The notes under the pieces: model-generated
Database searches by the model: none
Told to the model about the DNA's origin: nothing
What the model saw: only the letters and a program-made list of their open reading frames with translations
Shown here: piece after piece, positions 1-9,343 of the stretch
Layout: the number at the start of each line of letters is the position of its first letter
Position numbering within the stretch: position 1 is the stretch's first letter
Source: Chloracidobacterium sp.
GTDB lineage: Bacteria > Acidobacteriota > Blastocatellia > Pyrinomonadales > Pyrinomonadaceae
Length of the DNA: 64,000 nucleotides
Reading direction: 5' to 3'
NCBI GenBank assembly: GCA_016716365.1
Contig: JADJWM010000017.1
Span: 258,401-322,400 of the forward strand
Made by a program: the position numbers and the translations under genes

Positions 1-2037
1 GAGCTAGAAAACGCGCGCGTGTTCAATTTCTCCGAAGCCCTACGCAAGATAGCGGGCGTCAACGTGCGCGATGAGGAAGGTTTCGGATTGAGGCCGAATA
101 TCGGGATCCGCGGGGCCAACCCGACCCGCTCGACAAAGGTGCTGTTGCTCGAAGATGGCCTTCCGCTCTCGTACGCCCCGTACGGCGACAATTCGTCGTA
201 TTACCACCCGCCGGTCGAGCGTTACAAATCGATCGAGGTGCTCAAAGGCTCCGGGCAGATCGCGTACGGCCCCCAGACGATCGCGGGGGTGGTCAATTAC
301 ATCACCCCGAACCCGCCGCAAAAGCCGAGCGTTGATATTTTGCTGGAGGGCGGAAGCCGCTCGTTCTTCAACGGCGGGGCGGGTTTCGGCGGCACATTCG
401 GGAGGTTGGGGACTCTTCTGAATTTCAATCACAAACGCGGTGACGGATCGCGCGAGAACACGAACTTCAAGCTGTTCGATCTTGCCTCGAAGGCGACGTT
501 TGATTTCAACGCCCGCAACTCGCTCACCGCGAAGTTCACGTTCTTCCGCGAGGATTCCAACCTCACTTACACGGGAGCGACCGAGGCGGAGTTCGCCGCG
601 GATCCGAGGGGCAATATATTCAAGAACGATTTCTTTTACGGGCGGCGATATGGGTTCTCTCTCCAGCACGCGGCCGTGCTCTCGTCTCGGATCAGCCTCA
701 CGACGAATTTCTACTCCAATTACTTCTCGCGCGATTGGTGGCGGCAGACGTCGAATTCCGGCGAGCGCCCTTTCAGGCTCTTCCGCCCATCGGACCCGAC
801 CAACCCAATCAGCGACGTCGATTGTTTGAGCCTTGCGGACCTCAATACGACCTGCGGGAACAGGGGCAACTTGCGGGACTACCTGACCATCGGAGTGGAG
901 CCGCGGCTGAACTTCAACTTCAACCTCGGGGCCGTCCGTAACGAAACGAACATCGGCTTCCGGATCCATCGGGAGGATCAGGATCGGCTTGGGAAATATG
1001 GGGACCTGCCGACCTCGCGGGACGGGCGGCTGATCGAGCAGAACGAGAGAAAGGCTCTAGTCTACTCCGGTTTCTTCCAGCACCGGTTCATTTGGAAAGA
1101 TTTCGCGTTCACGCCCGGGATCAGGATCGAAAACATCAATTATGAGCGGTCAAATTTGCTTTTCAACGGCGGCGCCGGCGTTACCGGCGAAACTTCTTTG
1201 ACCGAGGTTATCCCGGGTTTCGGCGTGGCCTATTCGGGTCTGAAGAACACCACTATATTCGCGGGCGTCCACCGCGGTTTCGCCCCGCCGCGGGTCGAGG
1301 ATGTCGTGACGGACGCGGGGGGCGTGCGGGATCTCGATTCCGAATTGAGCTGGAACTACGAGTTTGGGGCACGCTCACGGCCTTTCCGCGGCGTCGATCT
1401 GACGGCCACGTTTTTCCGGAACGATTACGAAAACCAGATCGTCGCGGCGTCGATCGCGAGCGGCACCCAGTTCACCAACGGCGGGCAAACGCTGCAGCAG
1501 GGGATCGAGCTGACCGGCTCGATCGACAGCGGAACCGTTTTCACGTCATCGCACAACTTTTACGTTCGCACCGCCTATTCCTATCTTCCGCTCGCGGAAT
1601 TCAGGGGCGACAGGCTGAGCACCGTTACTTCGGCGAGCGTCCTCAACCAGTACTGCCCGGCCGAGCGGCGTTTCTCCCCGACGGGCTGCATCATCACCGG
1701 GAACCGACTCCCGTACGCTCCGGAGACACTGGTCACGACAAGCTTCGGCTATTCCCACCAGCGCGGGATCGACGCATTTATCGAAAATGTGTTCGTCGGA
1801 AGGCAGTTCGGCGATGATCTGAACGCCGTCAACCCCACGCCGAACGGGCAAATCGGAGTCATCCCGTCGCAGACCTACTGGAACGCAACGGCCAACTACA
1901 AGATTGAAAAATGGCATTCGACGTTTTTCGTTACCGCGAAGAACATCTTCGACCGGACGTTAATCGTCGACCGTTCGAGAGGCGTCCTCCCTTCCCAGCC
2001 CCGGCTCATCCACGCTGGCGTGAAAGTGAATTTCTAA
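1..2037 (+). CDS. TonB-dependent receptor (5' partial, frame open from nt 1)
   Basis: Plug-like N-terminus (RPNIGIRGANP, LLEDGLPL, SIEVLKGSG). Long beta-barrel-like sequence. C-terminal ...GVKVNF aromatic terminus typical of TonB-dependent receptors. Confidence 0.85.
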   Translation, partial: ELENARVFNFSEALRKIAGVNVRDEEGFGLRPNIGIRGANPTRSTKVLLLEDGLPLSYAPYGDNSSYYHPPVERYKSIEVLKGSGQIAYGPQTIAGVVNYITPNPPQKPSVDILLEGGSRSFFNGGAGFGGTFGRLGTLLNFNHKRGDGSRENTNFKLFDLASKATFDFNARNSLTAKFTFFREDSNLTYTGATEAEFAADPRGNIFKNDFFYGRRYGFSLQHAAVLSSRISLTTNFYSNYFSRDWWRQTSNSGERPFRLFRPSDPTNPISDVDCLSLADLNTTCGNRGNLRDYLTIGVEPRLNFNFNLGAVRNETNIGFRIHREDQDRLGKYGDLPTSRDGRLIEQNERKALVYSGFFQHRFIWKDFAFTPGIRIENINYERSNLLFNGGAGVTGETSLTEVIPGFGVAYSGLKNTTIFAGVHRGFAPPRVEDVVTDAGGVRDLDSELSWNYEFGARSRPFRGVDLTATFFRNDYENQIVAASIASGTQFTNGGQTLQQGIELTGSIDSGTVFTSSHNFYVRTAYSYLPLAEFRGDRLSTVTSASVLNQYCPAERRFSPTGCIITGNRLPYAPETLVTTSFGYSHQRGIDAFIENVFVGRQFGDDLNAVNPTPNGQIGVIPSQTYWNATANYKIEKWHSTFFVTAKNIFDRTLIVDRSRGVLPSQPRLIHAGVKVNF

Positions 2038-2135
2038 GACGGCCACCCGGGGACGTTCCGCGTTACACGCGCCGAATCCGGTCGGCCGTCACTCGGCTCG
2101 AACGCTCTGTTGCCTCACCCCGATTTCGTTGGCTT

Positions 2136-2161
2136 TCGGCAGAATGAATGCCGAGTTTTTG
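2136..2161 (+). terminator. Rho-independent terminator after the receptor gene
   Basis: Stem TCGGCA / TGCCGA with 7-nt loop GAATGAA, followed by GTTTTTG. Confidence 0.5.
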
Positions 2162-2304
2162 TCCTGCTTCCTACCGACTTTCTACCAGTCAGAAGTGGTG
2201 GAACCTGACATTTGTCAACAAAAAAGTCATGTTTCACCGCCCCACAATCCCGCAAGCAAATAAGCTGTTGGCAGTCTGTTGACTCGCTGAGGGAGAACGT
2301 CCGG

Positions 2305-3435
2305 ATGATCAATAGCGTCGGGTACAGAAGGGTTTCGAAGAACCGCCCGTGCTCGATCTGCGGAAAACCGGATTGGTGCAGCACCACGGCGACGGAAACG
2401 ATCTCGTTCTGCGCCCGGTCCACCACGAACGCGGACCGGATCAGCCCTCACGGATGGGGAGTTTTCTACGATCACGATCCCGGTTTGCAGTTCGCGCGCC
2501 CGTTCCGCCCCATCCCTGCCCGAAAAAAGTTCGCTCATTCACCCGCTTTGGCTCCGCCCGAGATAAGGGATCGGGTCTACCGCAAGCTGATCGAACTCTC
2601 CCCCGCGTCGTCGAGTGACAAGATAGTGTGCGGACGCGGTGGGCTACGCGACAGGGGCGTTCTCGATCATGCGAATTACGGAAGTTTTCCAAAGACGGTC
2701 CGAGGTCGGGACGCTTTGGTCGGGAAGCTGGTCCAAGCGTTCGCGGGGGATCGAGCGCTGTTTCCTCTCTCGTTTTCCGGAGTGCCGGGGTTCTGGAGGG
2801 ATGAAGATGGTGAGACACGTCTTGGGAGCAGGAAGGATTCGGTTGAAGATCTTATGCTGATCCCATTCATTGGGTTCGACGGTCGCATCCGAGCGTGCCA
2901 GATCCGATTCATGAAGTTCGTTAGCAACAGGTCGGGGCGGTACATCTGGCTCTCATCCTCCAACGAGCAGACCGGGTGCGGTTCCGGGGCGCCACTGCAT
3001 CACGCCTGCCCGCATTCGGCGTCGAACGAACCGGTACTGGTCACCGAAGGAGCGCTAAAGGCGGCAACCGCACAGAGGTTCCTCATCGATAGATACGTCG
3101 TCGGCAACAGCGGCGTGGCCACCTCCCACCGCGAGATCATTGGGACCGCGCGCGGGCGACCGCTCGAGATCGCGTTCGATCTCGACAGCTTTACCAACCC
3201 GCACGTCGCAAGAGCGTTAGCCGCTTTGGTGCGACTCCGCTATTCGGATCAAGCGTCCTTTGGATACGGCGATGGCGTCCGGATCGTCGTGTGGGATGGT
3301 TCCATGAAGGGTATCGACGAAGCACTGTTGGCGCAAGTCCCTCTGTTACACCTCAGCGTGCCCGAGTGGCTTAAACGCCTCAGCCCGAAATGCCTCGGCG
3401 AAGCGACGCGGCAACTGGCACCGCTCACGCAATAA
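2305..3435 (+). CDS. Zinc-finger plus Toprim-like (DUF3854-like) primase-related protein
   Basis: N-terminal CSICGKPDWC...FCAR cysteine cluster. C-terminal VLVTEGALKA (Toprim Glu) and IAFDLDSF (DxD). Start moved from 2212 to the ATG at 2305, which is preceded by GAGGGAGA. Confidence 0.5.
   Translation: MINSVGYRRVSKNRPCSICGKPDWCSTTATETISFCARSTTNADRISPHGWGVFYDHDPGLQFARPFRPIPARKKFAHSPALAPPEIRDRVYRKLIELSPASSSDKIVCGRGGLRDRGVLDHANYGSFPKTVRGRDALVGKLVQAFAGDRALFPLSFSGVPGFWRDEDGETRLGSRKDSVEDLMLIPFIGFDGRIRACQIRFMKFVSNRSGRYIWLSSSNEQTGCGSGAPLHHACPHSASNEPVLVTEGALKAATAQRFLIDRYVVGNSGVATSHREIIGTARGRPLEIAFDLDSFTNPHVARALAALVRLRYSDQASFGYGDGVRIVVWDGSMKGIDEALLAQVPLLHLSVPEWLKRLSPKCLGEATRQLAPLTQ
3416..3431 (+). promoter_or_regulatory. 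Candidate sigma54 -24/-12 promoter upstream of the methyltransferase-helicase pair
   Basis: TGGCAC-CGCTCAC-GCA: GG and GC are separated by exactly 10 nt as in the TGGCACG-N4-TTGCW consensus. The TT of the -12 element is absent. It lies 26 nt upstream of the 3457 start. Confidence 0.25.
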
Positions 3436-3456
3436 AATTAGCGGCTGGCAGTCGGG

Positions 3457-4458
3457 GTGATGAGGCCATTGATCGAACTAGCACACATCCCTTTCTCCCT
3501 GGTCGAACAGGTCGCAACGATTATCGAAATGGGGACGCCGATCAACAACCGCGAATTGCTCGCCCTATGCATTGGGAGCGGGATTGACGGATTCGCGATC
3601 GATCCACATCTGTGCCACGAAGTTGCGGAGACCGCACTGAACTTTCTCATTCAGGCGAAGTACGGCAAAGAACTACTTCGCGCGACCGACCCGTCCACCG
3701 CCTGCTCCGGCATCCTCAAACCTCTGTACAAGAGACTGCCGACGCAGTCTTGGCGGAGTGCCGCACAGGTCACATACCAGCAATTTTCGACGCCCGCCCC
3801 GATCGCATATCTGGCTTCGTACCTGCTGAATCTGCACGCGGACGACGTCGTGCTCGAACCATCATGCGGCACGGGCAGTCTTGCGGTCTGGGCACGGGCG
3901 GCCGATGCGACCGTGTTGACGAACGAGATGGACGCGCGGCGCCGAGCGCTTGGGAGACTTCTCGACTTCGATCCGACCGGGCACGACGCGGAGTTCATAG
4001 ACGACCTCCTGCCCGAGAGCGCTGCGCCGAACGTGGTGATGGCGAACCCGCCGTTTTCGTCGAGCGGCGGGCGGGTGAAGGAGAACTGGAGCAGATTCGG
4101 ATTCCGCCACGTCGAATCTGCACTTCGGCGACTCGCGCACGGCGGCAGATTCGCGGTCATTCTGGGCGAAAGCGGAGCACCCCGAACCCAAGCGGGACGG
4201 GTCTTCTGGGACTCGCTCCTCCCCGATGTTCGGGTGACCGGAGCGATTGGTTTGCCCGGCCGGGAATACTACCGCAACGGCACCACGGTCGGCGTGACTT
4301 TGATCCTCGGCCGCAAGCTGACGCCCGATGAGCGAGAGTCCGAGGCGGTGGTGGGCGATATTGCCAATATTACTGCTTCATCCGTCGAGGACGCTTTCGA
4401 TCGGGGACTCGCGGCGGGGTTGCGTTTCAGCCCTCTACCCAAATCCATAAACAAATAG
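3457..4458 (+). CDS. N6-adenine DNA methyltransferase (class I SAM-dependent)
   Basis: Motif I VLEPSCGTGSLA. Motif IV NPPF at 4045-4056. Its stop directly abuts the start of the helicase gene. Confidence 0.8.
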   Translation: MMRPLIELAHIPFSLVEQVATIIEMGTPINNRELLALCIGSGIDGFAIDPHLCHEVAETALNFLIQAKYGKELLRATDPSTACSGILKPLYKRLPTQSWRSAAQVTYQQFSTPAPIAYLASYLLNLHADDVVLEPSCGTGSLAVWARAADATVLTNEMDARRRALGRLLDFDPTGHDAEFIDDLLPESAAPNVVMANPPFSSSGGRVKENWSRFGFRHVESALRRLAHGGRFAVILGESGAPRTQAGRVFWDSLLPDVRVTGAIGLPGREYYRNGTTVGVTLILGRKLTPDERESEAVVGDIANITASSVEDAFDRGLAAGLRFSPLPKSINK

Positions 4459-7400
4459 ATGTTATCCACTCACGACGAAATGACGGTGGGCACAGATGCG
4501 CCTATTTTTGCCTCGCCGGCCGCGGTGACCTCCACCGATGAGGACGCGCCGGACGCGACGGCTCAGACGCTCGCATATTCCCCGCATCACATCGTTGGCG
4601 GCTCTCCGCACCCGGGAGTCATCGTGGAGACGCCCGGCCTCGCGAATGTCGAGCCCCCGCCGATTCGCTACCGCCCGCATCTGCCGAAGGAATTGTCCGA
4701 TAGCGGACGGCTCTCCGCGATGCAGCTCGAAAGGATCATCTACGCGGGCCAGGCGCACGAGCAACGACTCGCCGACGGCTCCCGAGCAGGCATCAGCATC
4801 GGCGACGGAACCGGGACGGGGAAAACGGCGACATTGGCCGGTGTGATCCTGGATAACTGGTTCCAGTGGAGACGCAGAGCTGTCTGGTTCTCGGTGAAGG
4901 CGGACCTAATCGAAGCTGTGTCGGCCGAGTTCGCGAGACTCGGGCTCGTGCCGCCGATAAGGTCGATAAACGATTTCCCGACCGACGACGAGATCTCCTT
5001 CGGCGACGGGATCGTCTTCTGCACCTACCGTTCTTTGATCGCGCGTTCGAAATCGGGCGGTCGCCGGATCGACCAGATCACACGCTGGCTCGGGAGCGAC
5101 GGGGTCGTGATCTTCGACGAGGGGCACAAAGCGAAGTACGCATTCGCGGACGATCGCGGCAAATCGACCCAAACGGGAGCGGCCGTGCTGGAGGTTCAGG
5201 AGCCGACGCGCTTCCCCGATGTAAGAGTCGTTTATTCCTCCGCCACCTCCGCCGGCGAGGTCCGCCACCTCGCATACATGTCGAGGCTGGGCCTCTGGGG
5301 CGAGGGGACCAATTTCCCGCTAGGGTTCGAGCAATTCGCCGAGGAGATCGAATCGGGCGGCGTGGGCGCTTTGGAGATGGTCTGCCGCGATCTGAAAGCG
5401 ATGGGCCGGTACCTTTGCGGGAACCTGAGCATGGGAACCGATCCGGAATCCGGTCTCGCCGTCGAGTTCCGCGAGGTGACCCACTGGCTCACCCCAGCGC
5501 AGCGGCGGATGTACGACAACATGGCGCAGGGGTGGCAAGAAGTCTTTCGGAACATCCACCGGGCTCTCGATCTTACGAATTCCGGCAAGGCAACACGCAG
5601 CCAGGCCGTCAACCAATTCTGGGCGGAACATCAAAGGTGCTTCAGGAATCTAATCACCGCGTTCAAGGTGCCAATCCTGATCCGCGAGATCGAGGACGCC
5701 TTGGGCCGAAAGGAGTCCGTGGTCGTCTCCATCACCGGAACCGGCGAGAGTCAGACGAAAAAACAGATCGAGCGGGCGGCCGACCAGGAAGAGGCGATCG
5801 ACGGCCTCGACTTCAGCCCGCGCGAGACGCTGACCCGGCTCGTCGCGAACTGCTTCCCGACCGCATGCTTTCAGGAGCGCACGAACCCGTACAGCGGAAC
5901 CATCGAATTCATTCCCGTTCTCGATCCGGATGGCAACCAGGTCGAGAGCCGAGCAGCCTTGCAGATGAGGGCCGAGCTACTAGACAAACTCTCCGTTCTC
6001 GAAGTTCCGGAGCACCCGCTCGATCAGCTGGTCAATTACTTCGGGGTCGAGAATGTGGCGGAGATGACGGGGCGAAAGAAACGTCTGATCCGCACAGCTT
6101 CGGGCACGCTTGAATATCGGCCCCGCCAACTTGCAGGCGTTCCGTCGAAGCTTGTCAACCTGCACGAGAAGAACGCGTTCCAGAACGGCGACAAGCGCAT
6201 CGCGATCATGTCGGAGGTCGCCTCGACGGGCGATAGCCTCCACGCCGGGCATCATGTTGGCAACAAGCAAAGGCGTCTCCACATCGCCGCGGAGCTGAAA
6301 TGGTCCGCCGACAAGCAGATCCAGGACTTCGGGCGCACCCATCGCACCGGGCAGGTCGCGCCGCCGGTATATCTGCTGGTGTTCACGGAACTCGGCGGCG
6401 AGAAACGATTCTCCGCGACCATCGCCCGCAGGCTCGGCAATATGGGGGCCCTCACCAAAGGGGACCGGCGTGCGGAGAAGGCGGGCAATCTCGATAAGTA
6501 CAACCTCGAATCGAAGGAGGGCCGTTCCGCTCTGAATGTCGTCCTTTCGAGCATCATGCGGGGGAGCGAGATCGGCGGCATCGAAGATCCTAAGCAGGCG
6601 CTGCGCGATATGGGACTTGTAAAGGTGGTGGATGGTGTGGAGCAGGTTCCCGAAGGCGAAAGGACGAACATCCCGCGATTTCTAAACCGTCTACTTTCGC
6701 TCGAAGTTGACCGGCAGAATGCGCTGTTCGATCACTTCTACGAGACATTTCTCGAAACGCTCGAATATCTGAAACAGAAGGGAAAACTGGACGACGGGAT
6801 GGAAGACCTGAAGGCCGCGTCCGTCGAGATCGCCGAACCTCCACAAGTGCTTCACTCCGATGTGCTCACTTCCGCGAAGACGGTCTACTATAAGCTCAAC
6901 CTGAAAGTGGCAACGAAACCTGCAAGATATTTGGAATTATCCGAAAGCGGGGTTCATCAGTTCTTTCAGGATCGGCGTGACGGCTCGTTCGTTGCGGTCC
7001 GTCGAACACTATCGCACACCGATCCGGAGACCGGGGAAAGATATCAGATGTTCTCTATCTCGAAGCCGATAGGCCGGAATCTCTCGTACGTCCGCGAGAG
7101 CGAATTGAATCAGAAATACCGCATCGTCCCAAAAGCGAAGGCGGAGAAATGGTGGCTACAAGAGGAAGCAAAGATCCCTCCGTATGAACACAAAGCGGTT
7201 CACCTTCTCAGCGGGGCACTTCTCCCGATATGGAAATACCTGAAAACTCTAAGCAAGGATGCTCTCGATATCGTTCGGACGACAACGGATGACGGCACCA
7301 GACTCGTCGGCGTTAAGATTTCCGAAGACCGTTTGCGCGATCTGTTTCGTCATTTCGGGTTGCGGTCCGACATTCCGTCCACGGCCCCCGAAGTGCTCAG

Positions 7401-7788
7401 GCTGGTCGACTTTGAAAACAACACCGTACAGCTCGACGGCGATATCCGAATCAAAACGTCCCGATTCCAGGGGCGTCTGCTTACCGAGATCTGCCCTTCG
7501 ACCTTTGAACAGATCCGCGAACTTCGAGGAATGGGTCTGGTCAATATCGTACAAAGTGGAAAACAGCGGTTTTTCCTTCCTGAACGATCCCCGGATGCTT
7601 ACCTCGAGCCGATCCTGGCACTCTACTCACCCAAATCCACCGACATCGATTTTCTGCCGGAGTTGGCAACCGAGTTTCGACCTGTTGAAGCGTCCGAGCC
7701 GATAGAACTCCCCGGATGGTTGGTCGAGCCTGTTCAAACGGAGATGATGAGTCTCAAAATATCAGAGGATACGCTGTTCGCGAGTTAA
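4459..7788 (+). CDS. Strawberry-notch-like SF2 helicase (large ICE/plasmid-type helicase)
   Basis: Walker A GDGTGTGKT (4801-4827). DEGH box (5116-5127). Helicase C region with HRTGQ. 1109 aa. Size and organisation match bacterial Sno homologues, which are usually fused to a methylase. Confidence 0.8.
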   Translation: MLSTHDEMTVGTDAPIFASPAAVTSTDEDAPDATAQTLAYSPHHIVGGSPHPGVIVETPGLANVEPPPIRYRPHLPKELSDSGRLSAMQLERIIYAGQAHEQRLADGSRAGISIGDGTGTGKTATLAGVILDNWFQWRRRAVWFSVKADLIEAVSAEFARLGLVPPIRSINDFPTDDEISFGDGIVFCTYRSLIARSKSGGRRIDQITRWLGSDGVVIFDEGHKAKYAFADDRGKSTQTGAAVLEVQEPTRFPDVRVVYSSATSAGEVRHLAYMSRLGLWGEGTNFPLGFEQFAEEIESGGVGALEMVCRDLKAMGRYLCGNLSMGTDPESGLAVEFREVTHWLTPAQRRMYDNMAQGWQEVFRNIHRALDLTNSGKATRSQAVNQFWAEHQRCFRNLITAFKVPILIREIEDALGRKESVVVSITGTGESQTKKQIERAADQEEAIDGLDFSPRETLTRLVANCFPTACFQERTNPYSGTIEFIPVLDPDGNQVESRAALQMRAELLDKLSVLEVPEHPLDQLVNYFGVENVAEMTGRKKRLIRTASGTLEYRPRQLAGVPSKLVNLHEKNAFQNGDKRIAIMSEVASTGDSLHAGHHVGNKQRRLHIAAELKWSADKQIQDFGRTHRTGQVAPPVYLLVFTELGGEKRFSATIARRLGNMGALTKGDRRAEKAGNLDKYNLESKEGRSALNVVLSSIMRGSEIGGIEDPKQALRDMGLVKVVDGVEQVPEGERTNIPRFLNRLLSLEVDRQNALFDHFYETFLETLEYLKQKGKLDDGMEDLKAASVEIAEPPQVLHSDVLTSAKTVYYKLNLKVATKPARYLELSESGVHQFFQDRRDGSFVAVRRTLSHTDPETGERYQMFSISKPIGRNLSYVRESELNQKYRIVPKAKAEKWWLQEEAKIPPYEHKAVHLLSGALLPIWKYLKTLSKDALDIVRTTTDDGTRLVGVKISEDRLRDLFRHFGLRSDIPSTAPEVLRLVDFENNTVQLDGDIRIKTSRFQGRLLTEICPSTFEQIRELRGMGLVNIVQSGKQRFFLPERSPDAYLEPILALYSPKSTDIDFLPELATEFRPVEASEPIELPGWLVEPVQTEMMSLKISEDTLFAS

Positions 7789-7984
7789 CAATTGAAAGTG
7801 GTCAAACACCGTATTCTTAAAAAATTGGTCTTAAAAAAGTAACTTCCGGGTCTTATGCGGGTTTTTAGTTATGTAGGTTGAATAGCGACAGGTGATTCAG
7901 ACGCATCCGGCACGGAAGGTCCGCGGGGATCAGAACGGTTTGCTCGAATGAACCTCTCGTCGACTCCATCAGAAAATCCGCCTT

Positions 7985-9073
7985 ATGAACAACCAAATTA
8001 ATGTCACGACCGTCGACACAGTATCGTTGATTCTAGAGGAGAAGATAGCGTTATACGCCCGGGTGCCTCATTACGTGCTTATAACCGGCGAGCGGGGGAC
8101 CGGCAAGACGACGATCGCCCGGCAGCTGCACGAGCAAAGCCCCAGATCGAAGCGGGAGTTCGTGAGCGTCAATTGTGCAAGCTTCACATCCGAGCTGCTG
8201 GAATCGGAGCTGTTCGGTTATGAGAAAGGAGCCTTCACAGGAGCAGCATCGGCGAAGGCCGGCCTGTTCGAGACGTCCGCGGGTGGGACCCTGTTCCTTG
8301 ACGAGATCGGCGATCTCACGCTGGGCCTCCAAGCGAAACTCCTTAAGGCGGTTGAAGAAAAACGCATCCGCCGGGTCGGCGGCACGTTCGAACGGGAGAT
8401 CGACGTCCGCATCGTGGCCGCCACATCCCGAAATCTGAAGGAGATGGTGAGACATGGGGCGTTTCGTCCCGATCTTTTCGACCGCCTCAACATACTGCAA
8501 CTCGAGACGATCCCGCTTCGGTTCCAGAGGGAACGGATTCGCGAGCTTTTCGTCAAGGAGATGGAAAGGCAGTCCGAGACGGTTGGCCGAACCTTGCCGT
8601 TTGAGATCGATGATGCGGCGGTGGAAGCTGTGCAATCACTCGAATGGAGAGGCAATTACCGTGAACTAAAGAACTTTGCCGTGCGGCTCGCCGTCGAAGC
8701 GATGGACGAAACCGCGATCACGGCCGAACTCGTCATTCAAATGGCTCGAGACGGTTGGGCAGGCGAGACGACAATTTGCTCTGCCAGCGAAGCTCGCTCC
8801 TCCGACATTTGGCACGAGCCTCGGCACACGAAGCAAAGCCTCGTGATGGTCACCTTTGATGCCGAAACCGATGACCTCGATACCGTGTACGTGAAGGCCG
8901 CGGCGACATTCATCGAGCATGCGTTGAAACAAAGCAACGGTAATCTTCGTCGTGCCGCTCGTTCCATGAACACCACGCATTCGACGCTTTCACGGATCCT
9001 CAAAAAGAACAACGAAAGGAAGGCTCGCATCGACGTGAGCTCAAACGGCCTTACTCTTTCGGCGGCGGCGTGA
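7985..9073 (+). CDS. Sigma54-dependent transcriptional activator (bEBP) lacking an N-terminal sensory domain
   Basis: Walker A GERGTGKT about 35 aa from the N-terminus. GAFTGA loop (8228-8245). Walker B LFLDEIGD. FRPDLFDRL. C-terminal Fis-type HTH NGNLRRAARSMNTTHSTLSRILKK. Confidence 0.9.
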   Translation: MNNQINVTTVDTVSLILEEKIALYARVPHYVLITGERGTGKTTIARQLHEQSPRSKREFVSVNCASFTSELLESELFGYEKGAFTGAASAKAGLFETSAGGTLFLDEIGDLTLGLQAKLLKAVEEKRIRRVGGTFEREIDVRIVAATSRNLKEMVRHGAFRPDLFDRLNILQLETIPLRFQRERIRELFVKEMERQSETVGRTLPFEIDDAAVEAVQSLEWRGNYRELKNFAVRLAVEAMDETAITAELVIQMARDGWAGETTICSASEARSSDIWHEPRHTKQSLVMVTFDAETDDLDTVYVKAAATFIEHALKQSNGNLRRAARSMNTTHSTLSRILKKNNERKARIDVSSNGLTLSAAA

Positions 9074-9343
9074 GCTGCTGGATATTCTTCTGGAATCCGT
9101 CGCTAAGCTCTCAGCTCAGTTTCATCCCTGGCGATCCAACACTAAGCCGTTCCTCGATCGGATTCGAACTCGAAGAAGTGTCGCTCGAAACCGCGAGTCG
9201 TAGTTCCCTCCTTTCAACTCCCATTTGAGCAATCTGCCCGATCCGGGCTTCCACCCTCAGCAGACACCCGTTTTCCCTCGCCTTCCGTGCGGAGATAGCG
9301 GACGAAATGAGCGGAAGACAGCGGTGTGGAAGGAGAGGAAAGC

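Noticed and set aside
40-969. 309-aa minus-strand ORF opposite the TonB-dependent receptor gene. Also the many similar long antisense or alternative-frame ORFs, e.g. 4866-6113, 8051-8635, 11200-11826, 11607-12350, 15592-16266, 17322-17954, 31886-33025, 38864-39628, 43495-44253, 45642-46343, 48926-49657, 51541-52320, 57520-58452 and 62795-63430.
   Set aside because: They overlap ORFs with clear family motifs. They have Arg/Pro/Gly/Ala-heavy low-complexity translations typical of shadow frames in GC-rich DNA. They carry no recognisable motifs.
2040-2210. Searched for a direct repeat of the tRNA-Leu 3' end (attL/attR) at the left island border.
   Set aside because: Only a weak resemblance was found (AAGTGGTGGAAC versus AAGTTGGTGCGGAC). 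This is not enough to call an att site, so the island borders remain approximate.
9074-9343. Looked for a sigma54 -24/-12 promoter upstream of the Ubl operon.
   Set aside because: The GG and GC dinucleotides present (e.g. TGGAATCCGTCGC, TGGCGATCCAACACT) have the wrong spacing or lack the GC element.
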